The position numbers were made by a program, and so were the translations under genes. From NCBI GenBank assembly GCA_965207735.1, contig OZ242296.1, positions 320,001 to 384,000 of the forward strand: a DNA stretch of 64,000 bases. The letters run 5' to 3'. This document shows, in pieces, positions 1 through 8,215 of the stretch. The notes beneath the pieces were generated by a model. The model had not been told where the DNA came from and did no database searches. It saw only the letters and a list, made by a program, of their open reading frames with translations. Numbering within the stretch: the stretch's first letter is position 1; each line of letters starts with the position of its first letter. This DNA comes from Candidatus Versatilivorator sp. (GTDB lineage: Bacteria; Acidobacteriota; Terriglobia; Versatilivoradales; Versatilivoraceae).

Positions 1-2
1 TC

Positions 3-3000
3 GACGAGATCTCCCCGCGGATCTTCTCCGAGCCGCCCGACTTCGAGGCGCCCGTCGACGGCGACGAGGCCAACACCTACGAGCTGACGCTGTTCGGGAG
101 AGTCGGCTCGTCCGTCACGGACACGCGGACCTTCACGGTGACCGTTACCGACGAGGACGAGGAAGGCAAGTTGTCGCTGTCTTCGACCCTTCCCGCGCTG
201 GGGGCCGAGCTGACCGCCGACCTCAGCGACCCGGACGGCGTGACTGACTCGACGGCGGTCTGGCAGTGGGAGCGGTCGACGGGCCGCAACTCCTGGGCCG
301 TGATCGACGGCGCCGATGCGGCGAGCTACACGCCGGTGGCGGCGGACACGAACACGTTTCTGCGGGTGACGGCGACCTACGATGACGAGCACGGGACCGG
401 CAAGACGGTGAGCGAGGTGGCGCCCAACGTGGTCACGGGGCCCCTGTTGACGGGTCTGACGGCGGAGACCGCCAACTCCCGGGCCAACACCGCGCGGAGC
501 CTGTACCCGGCCTTCGACGCGCAGACGCTTCACTACGGCATCGGGTGCTACATCGCCGACACGATGGTCCTGACCGTGTCGGCGGCGGCGAACGCACGGG
601 TGGCGGTGGACGGCGTACAGGCCGCCGGCGCGCCTGAGGTGGTATCGGTGGCGGTGACAGCGGACAGCGACGTGGCGATCCGCGTGACCGAGGCGAGCGG
701 CGCCGCCACGACCTACGTCGTGCACTGCCTGAGGAATGAGTTCTTTCAGGTCGAGACGGTCACCCATCCGGGCACTGACCTGTTGGAGGATCTGATCCTG
801 TTCAATCGCGCGGGCCACTTCACGCTGATAGATCGCAACGGCGTGCCAAGACTGCGCCGAGCTTTCTCGAATCTGCAGGAATCGTTCGCCGTCAGGTTCC
901 ACCGGATCGGCGCCAGTGGTGCGTACCGCTACCCGTTTCTGGAAATTGGGACCGGCTACCAGGTTCTGGACGAGGACTTCAAGGTGGTGGCCGACGGCGT
1001 CAGGACCGTGGACCCTTTGACCAGGGTCAACAGTCACGACTTCCAGATTCTGGAGGACGGCAACTACCTGATCATGTCTCATGAACCGGCGGCGCGCGAC
1101 TTCAGCGACATCGATCTGCCGCCTGCCGCCGATGTGGGTGTTGATCTCTCCTCCGTCGACGTCGAGGACTCGGCGTTCCAGATCGTCACGCCAGGGAGGC
1201 AAGCCGTCTTCACCTGGAATTCCTGGGGCAACATGGCCATCGAGGATTGCGTGCAGCACCGCTTCCCCGTGACGCTCTCCACCGATCCCGAGATGAGGAG
1301 TCCCAGGGGAGGCTATGCGCATATCAACGGGATGCACGTGGTCGATGGCGTGCTCGCCGCCTCGATGCGGGGTTGCTCGAAGGTGCTGGGCATCGACGTC
1401 AACCCCGGCGCTACGCGGGGAGACGTGCTGTGGCGAATGGGCCGCACCAACCTGAGCGACGCGGAATGGGCGGCGCGGGATATCGGCCCGCGGCCGCTGG
1501 ACTTCATCAACGATCCCGAAGGCGAGTTCTGTAGCCAGCACACGGCGCGCTTCCTGCCCAACGGCAACATCTTCCTGTTCGACAATGGCGTGGTGTGCGC
1601 GATCGACCCGTGGACGTTCGAGGAGTTGGGCCGAGAAGGGAACGACTTCAGCCGCGCGGTGGAGTACGCGCTGGATCTCGACAACCACGAAGCGGTCTTC
1701 GTGCGCGACCACTCCCTGCGGGGCACGCGGGACCACGTCGGCTACGCCACCGGCAACGTGGACGCGCTCGACAACGGCGACTGGATGGTGAGCTGGGGCC
1801 GGGTACTCGACGAGAATGACCGCTTTCCGGACAACGAGATGGCTACCCTGGTCGATCCCGCCACCGGTCAGGAGAAGCTGGGCATCCGTTTCAGGGAGTT
1901 GCCCTCCAATGCGCGTCACCGCTTCATCAACGCGACCGTGGCCCCGGCGGAAGCCCTGGCGCCGCAACCCGTCCCGCTCACGGCGGAGTTCCCGGACAGC
2001 ACCTACACCTCCATCTTCCACACCGGCGCCGCGGACGCGCCGCGGGTGGTGGTCGCCTTCAGCCGGCCCGTGGTGGACTTCGACGAGACCTCCCTGTCGC
2101 TGAGCGTCACAGGCGCGACGATCGCAAGCGTCAGCCCGCACCGAGTGGCCGGTGAAGCGGCCAACGCCTATGTTGTCACCCTGACGCCCGCCGGCGCCGG
2201 CGACATCACCTTCGGCCTGGTGGCCGATCAGACCTGCGCCGGTGACGGCATCTGCACGGCCGACGGCGCCGAGGTCTCGGAAGTGCCCGCATCACAGGTC
2301 ATCCGTGCGGATACGACTCCCCCGGAGGTGAGCAGGAACGAGGTCAGCTCGAACCCGGGGACGGACCGGACGTATGCGGCGGGAGACCGGATTCGGGTGA
2401 CGGTGACCTTCAGCGAGACGGTGGAGGTGACGGGGATGCCGCAGTTGAGGCTGGAGGTGGGAGGAGGGCAGCGAACGGCGACCTATGAAGGCGGCTCGGG
2501 AACGGCGGCTCTGGTGTTCGGCTACACAGTCGCTGGGGGGGAAAGCGGCACGGACGGAGTGGGGGTTGAGGCCGACAGCCTGTCGCTGAACGGAGGGATG
2601 ATCCGGGACGTTGCGGGCAATGACGCGGTACTGGACCATGACGGGCTTTCCGCAGACTCGAACCACAAGGTGGACGGGGTCAAGCCGGCGCTGGCTGCAA
2701 CCGGCGGGGCGGTGGTCGACGGAACGACGCTGACACTGACCTACGACGAGTCCCTGGACAGGAGCTCGACACCTGATGCGAGAGACTTCACGGTGTCTGG
2801 AGGGGATCAGACCCGGATGGTCACCCGGGTGTCGATGAGCGCGAGCACGGTGACTCTGACTCTGAGTGTGGGAGTCGAGCACGAGGAGGCGGGGATCCAG
2901 GTGAGCTACACGCCGGGGATGAACCCGTTGCGTGATGTGGCTGGCAACCAGGCGGAGGGGCTCAGTCGGGAACCGGTAACCAACCAGACGCCGGACACGA

Positions 3001-6000
3001 CCCCGCCGGAGGTGGAGAGTCTGGAGATCACCTCGAATCCGGGATCCGACCAGACTTATGCCGCGGCGGACGAGATCGAAGTGACGGTGGCCTTCAGCGA
3101 GACGGTGAAGGTGACGGGGACTCCGCAGTTGACACTGAGAGTGGGGAACAGGAACCGAACGGCCGGCTATGAAAGCGGCACGGATACGGCGTCGTTGGCG
3201 TTTGCCTACGAGGTAGCCGATGGGGACGAGGACACCGACGGGGTCAGTGTGGGGGCGAACCAACTGAGGCTCAATGGAGGAACGATCAAGGACGAGGCGG
3301 AGAATGCGGCGGAGTTGGCCCATGAAGCGCTGGCGGCCGACATGGGGCACCAGGTGGACGGGGTGCGGCCGGCGTTTGTGAGCGCGGCGGTGGACGGGGC
3401 CTCTCTGACTCTAACCTACCGGGAAACGCTCGACGGGGGGTCGAGACCGGCGTCGGGAGACTTCGCTGTGACGGTGGGGGGCAATGACAGAACCGTTTCG
3501 GACGTGTCCGTGAGCGCCAGCGTGGTGACGCTGACGCTCAACCCGGAGGTGGAGGACGGAGATGCGGGGATCCGGGTGAGCTACACGCCGGGCGCCACCC
3601 CGATCCGGGATGAGGTGGGCAATGACGCACAGCAGCTTAGCAACCGGTCGGTGACCAACACCACGAACGCGCCGAACACGGATCCGGAGATCACCAGTTC
3701 GAGTTCGTTCGACGTTCCGGAGAACCAGATAGTGGCAAGGCGTCTGGCGGCCAGGGACACTGACCCGGGGGATGAGGTGACGGGCTGGGCGGTCGTGGGC
3801 GGGGCCGATCAGGGACAGTTTTCCATCACTTCCGATACGGGAGAGCTGAGCTTCCAATCGGCGCCGGACTACGAGGACCCTCTGGATGTAACCAGTACGG
3901 ATCCGATGAGTGAAGCCGGAGACAACGAGTACGTGGTGACGGTGGAAGTGACCAGCGGAGCGGGAGCCAGGGATCTGGAGGCGGAGCAGACGTTCATCGT
4001 TCGGGTGACCGACGAGCGGGAACCGCCGGAAGTGCCGGGGGAGCCGGCCATTTCGGGGGAGACGGCCGACAGTCTGACGGTGAGCTGGAGCGAGCCGGAC
4101 AACACGGGACCGGACATCACCGACTACGACGTGCAGTACCGGGAGAAGGACAGGGGACGCTTCGTCGACGGGGGCCACGAGGGGCCGGGCCTCAGCTTGA
4201 CGCTCACCGACCTGGAGCCGGGCACGGCCTACGAGGTACAGGTACGGGCCAGAAATGACGAGGGGACAAGCGACTGGTCGGCTTCGGGCGAGGGGATGAC
4301 CATCGCGCCGCTGACGGTCGTGATGGCGAGCGAGACCGGGCCTCCGGTGTCGGGTTCGTTTATGGTGAGAATCAGCTTCTCCGAACCGGTGTCGGGGTTC
4401 AGCGGGAGCGACATCGAGTCCGACCAGGATCCTGAGTGCACGGACGATCTGAACAATCCGGTGTTCTGCGATCCGGGGATCGGGGGGTTGCAGACGGCTG
4501 ACGACCGGGTTTTCACCACCACGGTGACGCCGGAGACCGGTGGTGTGGCCCACAGCTACACCTTGAGGCTGACGGTACCGGCGGGCCGTGTGAACTCGTC
4601 TGTGGGCAGCAAGCCGAACGAGGAGCCCGAGGAGCCCCTGGAGGTCCGGGTGTCGCCACCGGGGGTCCCCGAGCCGATCTCGACTCTGAGTCTTGCGGGC
4701 AGCGGCAGCAACGAATCGGTGAGGTTGAGCTGGAACCGACCGTCTGACAACGGAGGCTCTCCCATCATCCGCTACGAGTACCGGTACGCGGCCATTGGAG
4801 AGGCGTGGAGCGAGTGGGAGAACGTGGGAGCGGGGTCGGGAGGGGTGACGGTGGGAGGCCTGATCAACGGCCGGGAATATGTCATCGAGGCGCGGGCGGT
4901 CAATGCCCTGGGCAAGGGCGGGGTAGAGACGGTGATGGCCACGCCGATAGCTGGAGGAGGAGGTCGTGGCGTCGGTGGAGGAGGCGGAGGCGGTGGTGGG
5001 GGGGGCCTGCTGTTTCCTCCGGAGGCGCCGGCAGTCCTGACGGCGACACCCGGGGACGGGACGGTGCGGCTGGAGTGGAGCCCGCCGGAAAGCGACGGGG
5101 GTTCTCCCATCCAGCGCTTTGAGTACCGGTTGAAGGACGGGCGGGAAGCGTTTGGCGAGTGGGTCCGGATCGAAGACAGCGCTCCCGGCGAGGTCAACGC
5201 CACCGGATACACGGTTAGTAACCTTGGCAACGGGACGGTCTATGTCTTTGAGCTGCGGGCGGTCAACCAGATCGGCAACGGGCGAGTGTCGGAGGCGGTG
5301 GAGGTGGTGATGCCGCTGGATCCGGCCTATCGGTCCAACTTCCGGGCGGAGGACCTGGAGGGTGGAGAGGCCGGATTGGAGTGGACGCCGTTTGGAGGAA
5401 GCCGGCGGAGTCTGAAGGTGAGGTTTGGAGGGGGTCTGCGGTTTGAGGAGAGGGAGCTGGATGCAGCGGGGGAAGTGACGGCGACCCGCATGGGGAGCTA
5501 CCGGTACCGCTACACCAGCCGGACGACGGGAGAGCTGAGCCTGGACTACGACGGGGGGGAGACGTGCGAACTGCGGATGAGCTTCGGCGGAGTGGGAGCA
5601 GGCAGCTACAGCTACCGCTGCGGGGGCGCGTTGCAGGGACAGGGGAGCTTCCGGCTGAGCGAGCTGAACCGGCTGCCTGAGATCACCAGCCCGGGGCAGT
5701 TCGAGGTGGTGGAGAACCAGACGAAGGTAGTGCGGCTGGAAGCGGTGGACTCCGACGAGGGGGACGAGGTTGCCGGCTACGGGATCGCGGGGGGAGCGGA
5801 CGCAGCGCTGTTTACGGTAGTTGAGGAAACGGGAGAGCTGAGCTTCACGGAGGCGCCGGACTATGAGAGGCCTGCCGATGCGGCCGGCACCGACCCGGCA
5901 AGCGGAGCGGGAGACAACGAATACGTGGTGGTGGTGGAGGCGAGGAGCGGGGAGGGGGAGAGGGAGCGGAAGGGGCAGAGGGCGGTGCGGGTGCGGGTGA

Positions 6001-8111
6001 GTGACGAGGAGGAGCCGCCGGAGGCGCCGCCGGCTCCGGCGGTGAGAGCGGAGGGGACCGACAGCTTGACGGTGAGCTGGTCCGAGCCTGAGAACCGGGG
6101 GCCTGAGATCACCGGCTATGAGGTGCGCTACCGGGAGGAGGGGGAGGAAGGCTACCGGGATGGAGGGCACGAGGGGACGGGACTGAGGTTGACGCTGACG
6201 GGCCTGGAGGAGGAGAGGCTCTACCGGGTGGAGGTGAGGGCCGTGAATGAAGAGGGGAGGGGTGAGTGGTCGCAGCCGGGAGAAGGGAGGACGGAGGCAG
6301 AGGAGCCCGACCCGGACGATCCTTCTCACTTCACCGGGGAGGACCTGGAGGGCAGACGGTTGAGGTTACGGCTCACGGGTGGGGAGGATCCCGCCGGCAG
6401 CCTTGAGCTGCGGTTCGGAGAGGACAACCGGTTCGAGCAGATGGAGTCGGGCGGAGAGCAGACTGCGACCAGGACCGAGGGAGCCTCTCGAACGGGCGCC
6501 TACACCTATGAGAGGACAGGTCCGCGCAAGGGAAGGCTGGGGCTGGACTACGATGACGGGAGTTCCTGTGAAGTTTCACTGACCTTCACCGAGTTGGGAG
6601 AGGGCGGGTTCGTCTATGACTGCGGGGAGGGGGAGGTGGCCGAAGGGAGCTTCCGGCTGACGACGGGGTCGCCGTTCGTTCCGGTGATCCTGTCCTCGGC
6701 GGGGCGGAACAACTCCTTTTTCACCTCGGAGCTGACGCTGACCAACCGGGGGATGGAAGAGGCCACCCTCCACTACATCTACACGGCGGATGCAGGTGGG
6801 GGAAGCGGCACGGCCACCGACCGGCTCGACGCAGGTCGGCAGAAGATCGAGACCGACGCCCTGGACTATCTGAGGGGTCTGGGGGTACCGATCCCCGCAA
6901 CCGGGAACCGGATCGGGACATTGAGAGTGGAGGTCGCAGTGAAGTCCGAGGTGGAGGCGGTGGTGCGGACCACGACGCTGGTGCCTGAGGGAAGGGCGGG
7001 GCTGGCCTACCTTGGGGTGGCGGAGGAAGAAGGCTTTGACGAACCGGTCTATCTGTGCGGCCTCAGACAGAACAGCCAGGACCGCTCGAACGTGGCCTTC
7101 CAGAACATGGGGACCTCAGAAGAGGGTGCGATCACGCTCAAGACCACGGTCTACTCGGGCGAGGCATCCGACACCAGCCCCCGGGAGCTGGACGATGTAA
7201 CGCTGGAGCCGGGAGGGTTTCACCAGTACTCGGGGCTGCTGGGGAGTGTGGAGAACGGCTACGTGAAGGTGGAGCGGGTGGAGGGAGAGGCGCCCTTCTA
7301 CGCCTACGGGGTGATCAACGACCAGGCCAACTCGGACGGGTCGTTCGTCTTTCCGGTGACGGCCAGTTCACTGACGGGGACAACCCGACAGACCTTGCCC
7401 GTAATTGTGGAGACCGGGGAGTTCAGGAGCGAGCTGACGGTGACGAACTTCTCCCAGCAGCCCAGGAGGCTGGAATTCGAGTTTGCGGGCGAGCAAGTCA
7501 AGACCGACGACAAGACGGTTGCTTTCAGCATGGAGCTGGAAGGGGGCGAGCAGGAGATCGTGCCCGAGGTGGTGGAGGAGTTGCGGCGCCAGGGAGTGGC
7601 GGGGCTGGGCACGAGCCGGGGCTTTTACCTGGGACCGTTGTTCGTGGTGGCCGAAGAGGGAGACCTGAGCGGGATTGTGATCGGAGCCAGAACGGGTTCA
7701 AAGGGAGGGGGCGGGCAATACAGCGTCTTCTACAACGCGGTGCCGCAGGGTGAGGGTTTCACCGAGGAGGCCTGGGTGGAGGGATTGCAGCAGAACGAGG
7801 AGAACCGGAGCAACCTGGCGCTGGTCAACACGGGGGAGGTGGACGGCAGCGCGAGCATCTTTCACCTGGAGATCTACAACGGGGAGACGGGGATGCTGGC
7901 CGAGACGGTGGTGACCAAGCCGATCCCGGCCCGGGGCTGGCATCAGATCGACGGCATCCTGCTGAGAGCCAACCCGGAGACTCGGCAGGGGTATATCCGG
8001 ATCGAGAAGGTGTCGGGAGAGAACCCGTTCCTGGCCTACGGGGTGGTCAACGACGGTAGGGCGCCCGGAGAGAGAAGCGGCGACGGGGCCTACCTGCCGG
8101 CGAGGGAGTAG
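3..8111 (+). CDS. Giant secreted/surface protein, 5' end outside the window: cadherin-like, arylsulfotransferase (ASST) domain, 2x Ig-like/SwmB units, cadherin and FN3 repeats, Gly linker, Cys-pair modules, conserved C-terminal module
   Basis: Frame is open from base 3 (DEISPRIFSEPPDFEAP...) to TAG 8111. ASST motifs SHDF, YAHIN, SQHTA and FDNG; FN3 motifs (LTVSWSEP...YEVQVRARN); cadherin motifs (APDYEDP, DNEYVV); SwmB-like VDGTTLTLTYDE. Confidence 0.88.
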   Translation, partial: DEISPRIFSEPPDFEAPVDGDEANTYELTLFGRVGSSVTDTRTFTVTVTDEDEEGKLSLSSTLPALGAELTADLSDPDGVTDSTAVWQWERSTGRNSWAVIDGADAASYTPVAADTNTFLRVTATYDDEHGTGKTVSEVAPNVVTGPLLTGLTAETANSRANTARSLYPAFDAQTLHYGIGCYIADTMVLTVSAAANARVAVDGVQAAGAPEVVSVAVTADSDVAIRVTEASGAATTYVVHCLRNEFFQVETVTHPGTDLLEDLILFNRAGHFTLIDRNGVPRLRRAFSNLQESFAVRFHRIGASGAYRYPFLEIGTGYQVLDEDFKVVADGVRTVDPLTRVNSHDFQILEDGNYLIMSHEPAARDFSDIDLPPAADVGVDLSSVDVEDSAFQIVTPGRQAVFTWNSWGNMAIEDCVQHRFPVTLSTDPEMRSPRGGYAHINGMHVVDGVLAASMRGCSKVLGIDVNPGATRGDVLWRMGRTNLSDAEWAARDIGPRPLDFINDPEGEFCSQHTARFLPNGNIFLFDNGVVCAIDPWTFEELGREGNDFSRAVEYALDLDNHEAVFVRDHSLRGTRDHVGYATGNVDALDNGDWMVSWGRVLDENDRFPDNEMATLVDPATGQEKLGIRFRELPSNARHRFINATVAPAEALAPQPVPLTAEFPDSTYTSIFHTGAADAPRVVVAFSRPVVDFDETSLSLSVTGATIASVSPHRVAGEAANAYVVTLTPAGAGDITFGLVADQTCAGDGICTADGAEVSEVPASQVIRADTTPPEVSRNEVSSNPGTDRTYAAGDRIRVTVTFSETVEVTGMPQLRLEVGGGQRTATYEGGSGTAALVFGYTVAGGESGTDGVGVEADSLSLNGGMIRDVAGNDAVLDHDGLSADSNHKVDGVKPALAATGGAVVDGTTLTLTYDESLDRSSTPDARDFTVSGGDQTRMVTRVSMSASTVTLTLSVGVEHEEAGIQVSYTPGMNPLRDVAGNQAEGLSREPVTNQTPDTTPPEVESLEITSNPGSDQTYAAADEIEVTVAFSETVKVTGTPQLTLRVGNRNRTAGYESGTDTASLAFAYEVADGDEDTDGVSVGANQLRLNGGTIKDEAENAAELAHEALAADMGHQVDGVRPAFVSAAVDGASLTLTYRETLDGGSRPASGDFAVTVGGNDRTVSDVSVSASVVTLTLNPEVEDGDAGIRVSYTPGATPIRDEVGNDAQQLSNRSVTNTTNAPNTDPEITSSSSFDVPENQIVARRLAARDTDPGDEVTGWAVVGGADQGQFSITSDTGELSFQSAPDYEDPLDVTSTDPMSEAGDNEYVVTVEVTSGAGARDLEAEQTFIVRVTDEREPPEVPGEPAISGETADSLTVSWSEPDNTGPDITDYDVQYREKDRGRFVDGGHEGPGLSLTLTDLEPGTAYEVQVRARNDEGTSDWSASGEGMTIAPLTVVMASETGPPVSGSFMVRISFSEPVSGFSGSDIESDQDPECTDDLNNPVFCDPGIGGLQTADDRVFTTTVTPETGGVAHSYTLRLTVPAGRVNSSVGSKPNEEPEEPLEVRVSPPGVPEPISTLSLAGSGSNESVRLSWNRPSDNGGSPIIRYEYRYAAIGEAWSEWENVGAGSGGVTVGGLINGREYVIEARAVNALGKGGVETVMATPIAGGGGRGVGGGGGGGGGGGLLFPPEAPAVLTATPGDGTVRLEWSPPESDGGSPIQRFEYRLKDGREAFGEWVRIEDSAPGEVNATGYTVSNLGNGTVYVFELRAVNQIGNGRVSEAVEVVMPLDPAYRSNFRAEDLEGGEAGLEWTPFGGSRRSLKVRFGGGLRFEERELDAAGEVTATRMGSYRYRYTSRTTGELSLDYDGGETCELRMSFGGVGAGSYSYRCGGALQGQGSFRLSELNRLPEITSPGQFEVVENQTKVVRLEAVDSDEGDEVAGYGIAGGADAALFTVVEETGELSFTEAPDYERPADAAGTDPASGAGDNEYVVVVEARSGEGERERKGQRAVRVRVSDEEEPPEAPPAPAVRAEGTDSLTVSWSEPENRGPEITGYEVRYREEGEEGYRDGGHEGTGLRLTLTGLEEERLYRVEVRAVNEEGRGEWSQPGEGRTEAEEPDPDDPSHFTGEDLEGRRLRLRLTGGEDPAGSLELRFGEDNRFEQMESGGEQTATRTEGASRTGAYTYERTGPRKGRLGLDYDDGSSCEVSLTFTELGEGGFVYDCGEGEVAEGSFRLTTGSPFVPVILSSAGRNNSFFTSELTLTNRGMEEATLHYIYTADAGGGSGTATDRLDAGRQKIETDALDYLRGLGVPIPATGNRIGTLRVEVAVKSEVEAVVRTTTLVPEGRAGLAYLGVAEEEGFDEPVYLCGLRQNSQDRSNVAFQNMGTSEEGAITLKTTVYSGEASDTSPRELDDVTLEPGGFHQYSGLLGSVENGYVKVERVEGEAPFYAYGVINDQANSDGSFVFPVTASSLTGTTRQTLPVIVETGEFRSELTVTNFSQQPRRLEFEFAGEQVKTDDKTVAFSMELEGGEQEIVPEVVEELRRQGVAGLGTSRGFYLGPLFVVAEEGDLSGIVIGARTGSKGGGGQYSVFYNAVPQGEGFTEEAWVEGLQQNEENRSNLALVNTGEVDGSASIFHLEIYNGETGMLAETVVTKPIPARGWHQIDGILLRANPETRQGYIRIEKVSGENPFLAYGVVNDGRAPGERSGDGAYLPARE
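4638..6294 (+). repeat. Stalk segment (FN3-Gly linker-FN3-Cys module-cadherin-FN3), copy 1; homologous to about 17326-18979
   Basis: Long runs of identical nucleotides with the third paralog, interrupted by divergent patches. Confidence 0.9.
6489..8111 (+). repeat. C-terminal module repeat, copy 1 (colinear with 19198-20820; the last 1123 bp also match 12961-14083)
   Basis: Near-identical DNA of the same length in copies 1 and 3; all copies end GDGAYLPARE-TAG. Confidence 0.95.
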
Positions 8112-8215
8112 GAGACCGGCAGAGGTTTGTTACAGGGATAAAGATTCATGTATCTGTCTGACCTGAGACAGAGGACTTTGCCCCCGCCCCTGCGACCCAA
8201 AGGGGGAAGGGGACC

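Noticed and set aside
4951-5006. Gly-codon run as a contingency locus
   Set aside because: Mixed GGN codons encoding a flexible linker; differences from paralog 3 are in frame
2292-6329. Long antisense ORFs (352 and 972 aa; also 16762-18855)
   Set aside because: Shadow frames of GC-rich, biased coding sequence on the opposite strand; Pro/Arg/His-rich with no motifs
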